Source: an uncultured Bacilli bacterium
Lineage (GTDB): Bacteria > Bacillota_I > Bacilli_A > RF39 > UBA660
Length of the DNA stretch: 64,000 bases
Assembly: GCA_910587775.1 (NCBI GenBank)
Contig: CAJUNF010000001.1
Location: forward strand, 34,770-98,769
Reading direction: 5' to 3'
A model generated the notes under the pieces. That model was not told the origin of the DNA and ran no database searches. It saw only the letters and a list, made by a program, of their open reading frames with translations. A program made the position numbers and the translations under genes. Shown in pieces: positions 18,124-27,849 of the stretch. How positions within the stretch are numbered: position 1 is the stretch's first letter; every line of letters begins with the position of its first letter.

Positions 18124-18672
18124 TTATTTCAATAAATGAGAAATTCCAATCACTATTAAAAGTAATGCTCCAAAAAAACTAGCATATACTCCTAGTATTT
18201 TATTAGCGTATTTTCCAATTAATAATCCTAGTAATGTAAAGAAAAAACTTGTTATAGAAAATGTAAGCATTGCTAAAATGATGTTATTTGTTATAGCTGT
18301 TAATCCAAGTCCAGTAGAAAAAGCATCAATGGAAACACCAATAGCAAAGAAAAGCATTCCAAAAATACTAAAATCAATCGTAGTTTCTTCTTTTACAAAT
18401 ATTTCATATAGCATTTGACCTGCTATAAATATTAAAATAATTCCTAGTAATAAATTACTGTTAATTTGAAAGAAGTTTCTTAAATTTTTGCCAATTATAA
18501 TTCCCAAACAAGGCATGATAAAGTGCATAATTCCTACTATACCTGATAAGGCTAGACTTTTTTTCTTTGAAAGACTACATGTACCTAAACCTAGAGATAG
18601 TGAAAATGTGTCCATACTTAAAGCAACTGCAATTGTTAAAATTGTAATAATTTCAATCATAAAAAAAGTCAC
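18124..18672 (-). CDS. mntP: manganese efflux pump MntP (DUF204 family)
   Basis: Six TM helices. Two ALSMDTFS / GVSIDAFS-type repeats are characteristic of MntP/YebN. The start may instead be the internal Met (MIEIITIL). Confidence 0.7.
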   Translation of the reverse strand: MTFFMIEIITILTIAVALSMDTFSLSLGLGTCSLSKKKSLALSGIVGIMHFIMPCLGIIIGKNLRNFFQINSNLLLGIILIFIAGQMLYEIFVKEETTIDFSIFGMLFFAIGVSIDAFSTGLGLTAITNNIILAMLTFSITSFFFTLLGLLIGKYANKILGVYASFFGALLLIVIGISHLLK

Positions 18673-18702
18673 CCTACCAAATTATATGGTAAGAAGACTA
18701 TT

Positions 18703-19212
18703 TCATGATAAATATTTATCTAAAACGTTCTTTACAAAAAACTGGTATTCTACATTATCTAAATCTGTTTCTTCTGCTTCTAAAAGACATAGAGGCGGAA
18801 ACATTACACACCACCAATTTTCTCCTAATCCACTTCCTAAAGTAATAACTAATGATTCATATTTTCCTGCATCATATGTAATTCCTTTATATTCTTTTTC
18901 AGGAAATTCATTCATTCCATAATTCATTTCAAAATCTACATGATAATTATTTACGACATTTTGAATTAACGGAAGAGAATCTTGAATTAATTTTTCTGCT
19001 TCTTCTTTTGAATTTGCGGTAGCCATTAAACGATTTAATTCTTTTTCTACTTCTTTTTTTATTTCCATTTTTAAAGATTGATCTTCTATTGAATTACTAT
19101 TTGCAATCACCCGAAATCTAATAGAGTCATCTGGAATTAAAATTTGGCTTTGTTTATTTGTTACACAAATAACTACTGTTATAAAAAATAATATTAATAT
19201 AATCTTTTTCAT
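18703..19212 (-). CDS. spoIIR: stage II sporulation protein R
   Basis: IRFRVIANSNSIEDQSLK...GENWWCVMFPPLC matches the SpoIIR signature IRLHVIANSD...NWWCVLFPPLC. The start is set at ATG 19212, which has an AGGTGA RBS. Confidence 0.8.
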   Translation of the reverse strand: MKKIILILFFITVVICVTNKQSQILIPDDSIRFRVIANSNSIEDQSLKMEIKKEVEKELNRLMATANSKEEAEKLIQDSLPLIQNVVNNYHVDFEMNYGMNEFPEKEYKGITYDAGKYESLVITLGSGLGENWWCVMFPPLCLLEAEETDLDNVEYQFFVKNVLDKYLS

Positions 19213-19244
19213 GATTTCACCTAAATTAATCATGAATAGTCTTT

Positions 19245-20861
19245 TTACTTTTTATTCAATTTATTAGTATTTTCATAAAATTCTACAATTTTTTTATCAT
19301 AATACATAACTTCTCCACTTGGTAAAAGTAAAATTCTTTCTATTCCCAAATTATCTACGAAAGCTGGATTATGACTAACTAATAACATGGATCCTTGATA
19401 ATTTTTTAAAAATTCTGCAATAATAACTTGTGTTTCAGGATCTAAATGGTTTGTTGGCTCATCTAATAATAATAAATTGGCACCTGAAAGAGTTAATTTC
19501 GCAAGAGCTAATCTACTCCTTTCACCAGGAGATAACACAGAAACTTTTTTATAGACATCATTATTTGAAAATAAGAAAGATCCCAAATGAGCTCTTAAAG
19601 CTCCTTCACTTAATCCATATTCTTTTAAATTTTCTAGTAAATTTTTATTTTGATCTAATGTCTCATGTTCTTGAGCATAATAACCGATTTTTGTTTTATC
19701 TGATAGTTTTATATTTCCTTGAAAATTTTCTAGTTGTTTTGAAATTAGTTTTAAAAGGGTCGTTTTCCCTGCACCGTTTTCTCCAACAATTAAAAATTTT
19801 TCTCCACGATAAATTTCAAAATTTATATTATCGTATAATAAATTATTAGTGTATCCAAAAGACAAGTCTTCAATTTTTAATGGTATAGTACTACCAATAT
19901 TATCTAATTTCATTTTAACTTTAACTAATTTATCTGCTGGTCGTAACTCAATTTTCTTTTCTAATAGTTTATTTAATGTTTTTTCACGAGATTCAGCCAT
20001 TCTTTTTCTTTTACCAGATGAGTTACTATATAAGTTAACAATACTTTTTAATTTAGCAATCTCTTTTTGTTCTTTTTGATATTGCCCTTCTAATTGCTTT
20101 TCTTTTTCTTCTTTTTTTCTTTTATAATCATCATAATTTCCAGAAATTAATTCCATTTTTTTTGATTTTTTATCAATCCATATAGTTTTATTTGTTACTT
20201 CATTTAAGAAAGATTGGTCATGAGAAATCACTAATACCATTCCAGGATAATTTTTTAAATAATTAACAATTTGTTCTTTTGTTTCTAAATCTAAATGATT
20301 GGTTGGTTCATCTAAAAGGAGAATTTCAGGCTTACTATATAGTAATTTAGCAAAAGCAATTTTAGATTTTTGTCCCCCTGAACATTCTTTTAGCTTTTGA
20401 TTCAAAAGATTATCTGGTATTTTTAACATTTCTATTAATCTTATTAAAATACTATCTGCTTCATAATAATCCCAATAATCTAATTCAGATTGCAAATATG
20501 AAATTCGTTTATTTATTTGCATATTATTTGGATCTTCTGCCATTTTTAAATATAATTCATTAATTTCTTTTTCTATTTTTAGGATTGGTCGACCACTTAA
20601 TAAATAATCAAATACAGTGATATCTAAATTTGGAATTTCATCTGTTATTACTTGTGGTAAATATGAGATTCGGTAATTTGGTTTTATTTTTATTTTTCCG
20701 TAATCTGGGGTTAATTCTTTTAATATTAATTTAAAAAAGGTACTTTTTCCAGCACCATTTACTCCTATTATCCCAATATGATCTTTATCATTTAATTCAA
20801 TGGATACATCATCATAAATAAGTTCATCATTGTATGAAAATGTTAAATTAGTTATGTTCAT
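19245..20861 (-). CDS. ABC-F family ATPase with two tandem ABC domains and no TM domain
   Basis: Two Walker A motifs (GVNGAGKST and GENGAGKTT) and two LSGGQ signature motifs, joined by a charged linker. Confidence 0.85.
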   Translation of the reverse strand: MNITNLTFSYNDELIYDDVSIELNDKDHIGIIGVNGAGKSTFFKLILKELTPDYGKIKIKPNYRISYLPQVITDEIPNLDITVFDYLLSGRPILKIEKEINELYLKMAEDPNNMQINKRISYLQSELDYWDYYEADSILIRLIEMLKIPDNLLNQKLKECSGGQKSKIAFAKLLYSKPEILLLDEPTNHLDLETKEQIVNYLKNYPGMVLVISHDQSFLNEVTNKTIWIDKKSKKMELISGNYDDYKRKKEEKEKQLEGQYQKEQKEIAKLKSIVNLYSNSSGKRKRMAESREKTLNKLLEKKIELRPADKLVKVKMKLDNIGSTIPLKIEDLSFGYTNNLLYDNINFEIYRGEKFLIVGENGAGKTTLLKLISKQLENFQGNIKLSDKTKIGYYAQEHETLDQNKNLLENLKEYGLSEGALRAHLGSFLFSNNDVYKKVSVLSPGERSRLALAKLTLSGANLLLLDEPTNHLDPETQVIIAEFLKNYQGSMLLVSHNPAFVDNLGIERILLLPSGEVMYYDKKIVEFYENTNKLNKK

Positions 20862-21597
20862 CTTGGTTCCTTTCTAAGAATACAAATCGATCTCTATTTT
20901 GATAATCTTTTTCTAACGAGAACTGATATTCTGGTAATAATCTTTTATGTAAATCTTCTAAATCTTTTCCTTGCAAGCATCCTATTTCAAAAGCAATTAA
21001 ATGTGGTTTTTTCTTTAATTTACTAATATTATTCATTATAATCTCATAAAAATATAGACCATTTCTGTCTGCAAAAAGAGCATTTTGTGGCTCATATTTA
21101 GTTTCAATTCCAACAAATTCATCTTTTCTTACATATGGTGGATTGCTTATTATAATATCATATTCTTCTAAATTAAAGTCCTCTATTTTAGAATTTATAA
21201 ATGTAATCTCTGTATGATTTAATTTGGCATTTTCTTTTGCAACGTTTAAAGCTCTCTTGCTTATATCAATTGCTGTCATATTTATATTTAGATTCTTTTT
21301 TAAAGCAATTGCAATGCAGCCACTTCCTGTTCCTAAATCTAATGCTTTTTTAATTTTTTTATTTTGAAGTTTTTTTATTAATTTATCTACTAATAACTCT
21401 GTTTCAAAACGAGGAATTAAAACGTTCTCGTTTACTTGTATAATGCAATCATAAAAATCAACGTTTCCTATTAAATACTGAACTGGATAATTTTTTTTTA
21501 TTTTATTTACAACTTTTTCTAATTGATTTGGATATTTTTCTTTCAATAATTTCCAATCTATGTCACTTATATTTTCTGGTTTCATATTAACCTTCAA
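20848..21597 (-). CDS. prmC: release factor glutamine methyltransferase PrmC/HemK
   Basis: An NPPY motif (IISNPPYV) and a SAM-binding LDLGTGSG. It lies downstream of prfA. Confidence 0.85.
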   Translation of the reverse strand: MKVNMKPENISDIDWKLLKEKYPNQLEKVVNKIKKNYPVQYLIGNVDFYDCIIQVNENVLIPRFETELLVDKLIKKLQNKKIKKALDLGTGSGCIAIALKKNLNINMTAIDISKRALNVAKENAKLNHTEITFINSKIEDFNLEEYDIIISNPPYVRKDEFVGIETKYEPQNALFADRNGLYFYEIIMNNISKLKKKPHLIAFEIGCLQGKDLEDLHKRLLPEYQFSLEKDYQNRDRFVFLERNQDEHN

Positions 21598-21707
21598 TTT
21601 TTGATTTTATATCTTTTATAATACTCTTATATATATCATCCCTATCCAAGGCAGTATTATAAATTGAATATTTTTCTTTCATTTTTATCTCTCTTTTCTC
21701 TTGTATT

Positions 21708-21760
21708 ATAAAGAAAAAAGAAAGTTAAGGCAATCTATTTCTCACCAGCTAACTTTCTTT
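21708..21760 (-). terminator. hairpin with a U-run between prfA and prmC; possible attenuator or terminator
   Basis: AAGAAAGTTA (21718-21727) pairs with TAACTTTCTT (21750-21759) in a 10-bp stem. It encloses the prfA stop and is followed on the minus strand by a U-rich run. Confidence 0.3.
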
Positions 21761-22802
21761 TTAAGTCTTCTGTTATCAACGCTTCAATAATTGGTTCTAC
21801 TTCTCCATCCATTACACGATCTAAGCTCATTACCGAAAAATTAATCCGATGATCTGTAACTCTATTTTGTGGATAGTTGTAAGTTCTAATTTTTTCAGAA
21901 CGATCTCCTGTACCAATTTTACTTTTTCTTTCACTTCCTAATGATGCTTCTTTTTCTTGATTTAAATTATCAAATAATTTAATTTTTAATAGTTTCATTG
22001 CTTTATCTTTATTTTTTAATTGGCTTCTTTCATTTTGACAAGTTACTACTGTATTAGTTGGTAAGTGAGTAATTCGAACTGCCGAGTTAGATGTATTTAC
22101 AGATTGTCCACCTGCTCCACTACTATGGTAAACATCAATTTTTAAATCACTTTCTTTAATCTCTATATCTACATCTTCTACTTCAGGCATTACTAAAACT
22201 GTAGCTGTTGAAGTATGGACTCTTCCTGCAGTTTCAGTTACTGGAACTCTTTGTACACGATGTGCTCCACTTTCATATTTTAATTTAGAATAAACATTTT
22301 CCCCTTTGATCATGCATTCTACATTTGAAAATCCTCCACTTGTTCCAGGAATTTCATGAATCATTTCTATTTTCCAACCATTTTTCTCAGCATAATAAGT
22401 ATACATTCTTAGTAAATCTCCAGCGAAAATATTAGCTTCATCTCCACCAGCTGCACCACGAATTTCCATAATAACATTTTTACCATCATTCTCATCTTTA
22501 GGAATCAAAAGTAATTCTAATTCATGATTTAATTTTTCTAGTTTTTCTGTATTTTCTGATAATTCTATTTCAGCCATTTCTTTTAATTCCGGATCTTGTA
22601 TTAAAGTTTTTGCTTCTTCAATGTGTTCTTTTGTTTTTTTATATTCTTCGTATTTTTCTACTGTTTCTTTTAAATCACTTTGTTCTTTTGATAACTTTTT
22701 TACTTTATTAAAATCAGACATAACATCTGGATCCATTAGTTCTTTGCTAATTAATTGGTATCTTTCTAAAATAGATTCTAATCTTGTTTCCATGTAGTCC
22801 AT
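21735..22802 (-). CDS. prfA: peptide chain release factor 1
   Basis: GGQSVNTSNSAVRITHLPT (GGQ motif) and RVQRVPVTETAGRVHTS (PxT tripeptide region). 355 aa. Confidence 0.9.
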   Translation of the reverse strand: MDYMETRLESILERYQLISKELMDPDVMSDFNKVKKLSKEQSDLKETVEKYEEYKKTKEHIEEAKTLIQDPELKEMAEIELSENTEKLEKLNHELELLLIPKDENDGKNVIMEIRGAAGGDEANIFAGDLLRMYTYYAEKNGWKIEMIHEIPGTSGGFSNVECMIKGENVYSKLKYESGAHRVQRVPVTETAGRVHTSTATVLVMPEVEDVDIEIKESDLKIDVYHSSGAGGQSVNTSNSAVRITHLPTNTVVTCQNERSQLKNKDKAMKLLKIKLFDNLNQEKEASLGSERKSKIGTGDRSEKIRTYNYPQNRVTDHRINFSVMSLDRVMDGEVEPIIEALITEDLKRKLAGEK

Positions 22803-22821
22803 CCTTTCTTTTTAGGGCTGG

Positions 22822-23244
22822 TTATAGATTTTCTCCTTCTTCATCTTCATCGATTACGACAAGATCTTTTAAATCTTCATCAGAGTCATCATCTTCCTCT
22901 TCATCATAGAAATCATTATCTTCATTTTCTTCGTCTTCTTCATCTGCTTCTTCTACAAATACTTCATCATCATCTTCATCGATAACTACTTTTTCACTAT
23001 GTTTTTCTTTTAAATCCCAGTATCCGTCTGTTAGCATTGTAAATCTTTTATCGGTTGTTAAAATTTCAAAGAAATCAGCGATACGATCTTCAAATTCGCG
23101 TTCACTTAAACCTAAGGTATCACAAACTTTTTTGAACAGATCATTAATTTTCATTTTCTTATTTGCATCTTGTAAAATCAAGTATGCTATATCATCATAA
23201 CTCATTAACTCTAATTCTTCTTTAGAAATATCTTTTAGTTTCAT
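22822..23244 (-). CDS. rpoE: DNA-directed RNA polymerase delta subunit
   Basis: An N-terminal HARE-HTH (LSYDDIAYLIL...RIADFFEILTTDKRFTMLTDGYWDL) is followed by a long poly-acidic D/E tail. This is diagnostic of RpoE from Firmicutes. Confidence 0.8.
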   Translation of the reverse strand: MKLKDISKEELELMSYDDIAYLILQDANKKMKINDLFKKVCDTLGLSEREFEDRIADFFEILTTDKRFTMLTDGYWDLKEKHSEKVVIDEDDDEVFVEEADEEDEENEDNDFYDEEEDDDSDEDLKDLVVIDEDEEGENL

Positions 23245-23388
23245 TTTTTATTCCTCCTAAAATTAATCGTCTATAATAGGTTATAAAAACCGTTCAACAT
23301 TATACGATATTTTTTTATTTTTATGATTTTTTTTATTTCAATAATCATTCTACGCCATTATATGCAATAATTGTTGTTCTGTCTATCC

Positions 23389-23730
23389 TTAATTGATAAA
23401 ATTAATAATTATTTTACTCTTTTCATCTTCTGTTTCAATTACATAATGAATTTCTAGATTATTTTTTTCATAAATCCAATTTGAATCATCTACTATAATG
23501 TCAAAATTCCCTGGAATTTCTTTTAGTTTATAACTACATTTTTCATTTTCAACATCTAGTATGAAACAAAATTCATCCGACTCTCTTTTAAATATTTTTT
23601 TTGTACAATCAATGTAGTGATCAAAATTTTCTAATTTAAAATGAATTATATTATCATTCTTTTCATAAGTAATATTATTTTCTTCCAACATGATTTGATC
23701 ATTTTTTAAAAGCTTTATATTTAAGAACAA
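23389..23730 (-). CDS. hypothetical small protein (113 aa)
   Basis: Supported only by an ORF with an intergenic gap to its neighbours. No motif was found. Confidence 0.35.
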   Translation of the reverse strand: MFLNIKLLKNDQIMLEENNITYEKNDNIIHFKLENFDHYIDCTKKIFKRESDEFCFILDVENEKCSYKLKEIPGNFDIIVDDSNWIYEKNNLEIHYVIETEDEKSKIIINFIN

Positions 23731-23876
23731 TAATAGCCCTCCTTTTTTCTTTCCGAATTATAGCATAGTGAATCTAGATCTGCAATCTCTTTTTTTATAA
23801 TATTTTTATTGCAATATTTTTAAAATTTTAGGGATAATTTAACGAAAAGAAATCATAATAATTTTAGGTGGGTCAC

Positions 23877-25811
23877 ATGAAAAGAAAATTGATATTTAGT
23901 GGACGTTTGACTCTATTTATTTTACTTGCAGGAATTGTAAGTCTTATTGGAATTTATACTTATGCATTTTTTAGCCCTAGGTTGGAACTAACTAACTTGG
24001 GAAAACTTTATTTATATGATAATAATGAACAATTAGTTTTTCAAGGTACAAAGGGGCAAGAATGGGTTTCTTTAGAAGATATGTCTGAGAATTTAATTCA
24101 TGCAGTTATTAGTGTGGAGGATAAAAACTTTTATCATCATCATGGATTTGATTATTTTCGTATTGGAAAAGCTCTTTTAACTAATTTTGTTAAAAATACT
24201 AGACAAGGAGCTTCCACAATAAGCCAACAATATGTTAAAAATATGTTTCTAACTTTTGATCAGACATGGAAAAGAAAAATTGAAGAAGCTTTTTTAACGG
24301 TTGAGTTAGAAGTTCACTATTCAAAAGATGATATTTTAGAGGGATATATTAATACAATCAATTATGGTGAAGGAAATTATGGAATTGGTAGTGCGAGTCA
24401 ATATTATTTTAATAAATCTGCTAAAGATTTAACACTTGAGGAAGCTTTAATGTTAGCAGGTATTCCAAAAAGTCCTAATCGTTTTAACCCTGTGGTTGAT
24501 TATGATGCCTGTATTAGAAGAGCTAAAATAGTTGCTAGAGCAATGAAAGATAATAAATACATTAGTGATGAAGTTTATAACCATTTATTTGAAAATAAAA
24601 TTGAAATTTATGGAAAAGATGAGCAAAATCATTCTCAAATGATTCAATATTACCAAGATGCGGTTTTAAATGAATTAAAAAGTATTAGTGGTATTCCAAG
24701 TAGTTTGATGGATGCTGGTGGATTAAAGATATATACTACACTTGATAGTTCTGCTCAAAAAAATATGGAAGAATCTATAAAATCAAATATAGGATCGGAA
24801 GATTTACAAATTGCAAGCGTTTTGATTCATCCAAATACTGGAGGTGTACTAGCACTTACTGGTGGATTTGATTATTCCAAAAGTCAATATAACCGTGCTA
24901 CACAGTCAAAAAGACAAGTAGGAAGTACTATGAAACCATTTCTTTATTATGCAGCATTAGAAAACGGATTGACTTCATCTTCTACTTTTTATAGCAGTGA
25001 AACGACTTTTACGTTTTCAAACAATAAAACTTATAGTCCATCTAATTATAATCAAATTTATGCAAATAAAGATATTACTATGGCCGCTGCTTTAGCATAT
25101 TCTGATAATATATACGCTGTAAAAACTCATTTATTTTTAGGAGAAGAGGCATTAGTAGATATTGCTAAAAAAGTAGGAATCGATGGATCTTTACAAGCAA
25201 ATCCTTCTCTTGCTTTAGGAACTAGTGAACTTAATATGATGGACTTTGCTCATGGTTATTCTACTCTTGCGAGTGGTGGATTTAAGCGAGATTTGTATTT
25301 TATTGAAAAAATAGTAGATATGGAAGGAAATTTAATATATCAGCATAAACAAAAAAAAGAAATGGTACTTAATAGTAATTATGTATATATATTAAATGAA
25401 ATGCTAACTAATACTACTAATTCTGCTTTTAATTCCTATACAACTCCTACTGCTTTATCTTTGAGTGTTAAAATGTCTCGTAAATACGCTTTAAAAACAG
25501 GAACTACTAATACTGATTGCTGGAGTGTTGGATATACACCTGATGCTTTAAGCTTAGTTTGGGTTGGTAAAGATGATAGTTCAGAAGTTGGGAGTATTGC
25601 AAGTAGAATTTCTAAAAATGTATGGTTAGAAACAATGGAAGGATATTTAAAAGATAAAGACCCAATTTGGTATGAAACCCCTCGTAACGTTGTAGGACTT
25701 GTCAAAGATGCTATTACAGGACATGAAGTAATTGATAAAAAAAATTCTACTATTTTTTATTATGAAAAGGGAACTGAATTAAATAGTATTACTGTAAATC
25801 AAACAGAATAA
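23877..25811 (+). CDS. class A penicillin-binding protein (glycosyltransferase GT51 plus transpeptidase)
   Basis: An N-terminal TM helix. The GT51 motifs are EDKNFYHHHGFD and GASTISQQYVKN. The transpeptidase region has STMKP (SxxK) and KTGT. The start is set at ATG 23877, which has a GGTGGG RBS. Confidence 0.8.
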   Translation: MKRKLIFSGRLTLFILLAGIVSLIGIYTYAFFSPRLELTNLGKLYLYDNNEQLVFQGTKGQEWVSLEDMSENLIHAVISVEDKNFYHHHGFDYFRIGKALLTNFVKNTRQGASTISQQYVKNMFLTFDQTWKRKIEEAFLTVELEVHYSKDDILEGYINTINYGEGNYGIGSASQYYFNKSAKDLTLEEALMLAGIPKSPNRFNPVVDYDACIRRAKIVARAMKDNKYISDEVYNHLFENKIEIYGKDEQNHSQMIQYYQDAVLNELKSISGIPSSLMDAGGLKIYTTLDSSAQKNMEESIKSNIGSEDLQIASVLIHPNTGGVLALTGGFDYSKSQYNRATQSKRQVGSTMKPFLYYAALENGLTSSSTFYSSETTFTFSNNKTYSPSNYNQIYANKDITMAAALAYSDNIYAVKTHLFLGEEALVDIAKKVGIDGSLQANPSLALGTSELNMMDFAHGYSTLASGGFKRDLYFIEKIVDMEGNLIYQHKQKKEMVLNSNYVYILNEMLTNTTNSAFNSYTTPTALSLSVKMSRKYALKTGTTNTDCWSVGYTPDALSLVWVGKDDSSEVGSIASRISKNVWLETMEGYLKDKDPIWYETPRNVVGLVKDAITGHEVIDKKNSTIFYYEKGTELNSITVNQTE

Positions 25812-25840
25812 AATTTATATGTTTTTCTGTTTTTTTTACT

Positions 25841-25875
25841 AAAAAAACACATACGTTGATGTGCTTATTTTTTTA
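25841..25875. terminator. bidirectional terminator between the convergent PBP and parB-like genes
   Basis: An A7 run, then CACAT (25848-52), loop ACGTTG, then ATGTG (25859-63), then a T-run. Confidence 0.45.
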
Positions 25876-27091
25876 TTTTAATATTCATTTGATAATTATC
25901 ACTTAAATCTAGTTCTTCTATCTCAACTACAAAACCTTGATCATTCATTTGATTTATTAAATTTCTTACAGTGTTAATTGCAGTTTTTAAATCAAGTCCT
26001 TTTTCTTCCTCTAATTTTTGTTCATATGAGGGATCTAGTTTCATAATAGAAGAAACAGGGTCAATAATCATTTCCTCTTCTAATGGTTCTTTTATTTCTT
26101 CAATTGTATTTGTTTTATCATTTATATTATTATTTCCAAAGAAAAATGGTGTTTCTTCTGTTTTGTCTTCTTTTAAAGATGATTCTTCTAATCCATCATC
26201 CAAAACTTCCATATCATCACTCAAAGGATTTGTATTTTCTAATTTTGAAGATGAAAATAAACCATCCATCATATTCATATTAGCTGCTTCATCTTCTAAA
26301 AAGTTAAAAAATTTATTTGGAACAGCAGTTGGTTGTTCTTCTATTGTATTTGTTTTTGATTCTTCCATAGGTTTTAACATACTTTCTACATCATGTAATT
26401 CACGAACTGGATTGATATCAGTTGCATTATTTACAATTGATTCTAAGTTTGGAGTTAAATTTACAAGTGGAATATCTTCTCCAGCAGTTTCTTCTTTTAA
26501 TTTTTTTAATTCCATATCCAATTGACGTACGGTCATTCTTTTTTCAATTATTTTTTTCAACCATTTTTTTTGTTCATCTTTGGATAAAGTTAATAAAGCT
26601 CTTGCATGTCTTTCTGAAATCTTTTCATTTAATAGAGCATTTTGGACATCTTCATCAAGATTTAAAAGTCTTAATTTATTTGCTACTGTTGATTGTGAAA
26701 CGCCCATTTTCTCTGCTAATTGTTCTTGCGTTAGATATCCTCTATCTAATAAGCTTTTATAAGATTTTGCTTCTTCTATTGCAGTTAGATTTCTTCTTTG
26801 AATATTTTCTACTAATGCTACTTCTGCGCTTTTATTATCATCTATATTTGAGATGATAGCTGGAACTTTTTGTAATCCTGCCATTGTTGCGGCTTTATAT
26901 CGTCTTTCTCCTGCTATGATTTCAAATTTATCTCCCAAACGTCTTAAAACTAAAGGCTGTATAATTCCATGTTGCTTAATTGATTCTGATAATTCTGTTA
27001 ATCCGCCCTCATCAAATGCTAATCTTGGTTGAAATCGATTTGGAATAATATCCTCAATCGGAATTAGCTGAATATCCTTCTCCATATTCAC
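25865..27091 (-). CDS. parB: ParB/Spo0J-family (or Noc-like) protein with a long acidic low-complexity C-terminal region
   Basis: The N-terminal ParB domain carries GERRYKAA (box II). The HTH reads LTQEQLAEKMGVSQSTVANKLRLL. The roughly 200-aa C-terminus is D/E/N-rich rather than a canonical dimerisation domain. It lies directly downstream of rsmG, and no ParA/Soj gene is adjacent. Confidence 0.75.
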   Translation of the reverse strand: MNMEKDIQLIPIEDIIPNRFQPRLAFDEGGLTELSESIKQHGIIQPLVLRRLGDKFEIIAGERRYKAATMAGLQKVPAIISNIDDNKSAEVALVENIQRRNLTAIEEAKSYKSLLDRGYLTQEQLAEKMGVSQSTVANKLRLLNLDEDVQNALLNEKISERHARALLTLSKDEQKKWLKKIIEKRMTVRQLDMELKKLKEETAGEDIPLVNLTPNLESIVNNATDINPVRELHDVESMLKPMEESKTNTIEEQPTAVPNKFFNFLEDEAANMNMMDGLFSSSKLENTNPLSDDMEVLDDGLEESSLKEDKTEETPFFFGNNNINDKTNTIEEIKEPLEEEMIIDPVSSIMKLDPSYEQKLEEEKGLDLKTAINTVRNLINQMNDQGFVVEIEELDLSDNYQMNIKIKK

Positions 27092-27132
27092 ATTAATCAG
27101 CCCCTTATGCTATAATTTATTTTAACCTAGAA

Positions 27133-27849
27133 TTATGCTTTTTTCAATGGTTTTTTCAAAATAGTCGCATATGCTCTTGGATAGTTTTTTGGAGTACTTT
27201 GAAGTTTTTTTATTTTTATGATATTTCTTTCCCCAGCATTTAATGGTAAAGAGAAATTTTCTATCTTCTCTATCACTCCATTTATTTGAATTAAAATACC
27301 TTCTGAAGATTTTATTTCTTCTTCTATACTAGATTTCATAGCGATTAATGATCCGTTAATTTTTAATAATGGAAAGGAAGTTTCTATTAAGATACGTAAT
27401 GGAGCTACTGCTCTTGATGTAATAAAATCATATTCTTCTTTTTTTATATTAGCTAAATTTTCTGTACGATCATGAATGGTCTTAACATTTTTTATATTAA
27501 TTTTAGCTATCATTTCATTTAGAAATTTGATTTTTTTATTATTAGAATCCAGTAAATGGACTTCGATTTCTTTAAAGCAAATTGCTAACACTAATCCTGG
27601 AAACCCAGCACCAGTACCAATATCTAATATTTTTAAAGGTTTATTTAAGTCTAGTACTTTAACTATCGTTAATGAATCATAAAAATGTTTTAAATAGACT
27701 TCTTCTTTCGTTTTAATTGCAGTTAAATTTGTGTGAGTATTGTATTTTAATAAAAAGTTACAGTACTCTTTTAATTGATCTTGTATTTCATTTGATAATT
27801 CTATTTCTAAGTCTTCTTTAATTTTATTTAAAAACATTTCTTCAGTCAT
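27133..27849 (-). CDS. rsmG: 16S rRNA m7G527 methyltransferase
   Basis: 238-aa GidB-family protein with a SAM-binding DIGTGAGFPG. It is in the conserved mnmG-rsmG context. Confidence 0.85.
   Translation of the reverse strand: MTEEMFLNKIKEDLEIELSNEIQDQLKEYCNFLLKYNTHTNLTAIKTKEEVYLKHFYDSLTIVKVLDLNKPLKILDIGTGAGFPGLVLAICFKEIEVHLLDSNNKKIKFLNEMIAKINIKNVKTIHDRTENLANIKKEEYDFITSRAVAPLRILIETSFPLLKINGSLIAMKSSIEEEIKSSEGILIQINGVIEKIENFSLPLNAGERNIIKIKKLQSTPKNYPRAYATILKKPLKKA

Noticed and set aside
25971-26856. Plus-strand ORFs (184, 66, 144 and 60 aa) inside the parB-like gene
   Set aside because: They are antisense to a well-supported CDS and their Ser/Phe/Leu-rich composition is typical of antisense translation of an acidic, Lys-rich gene.
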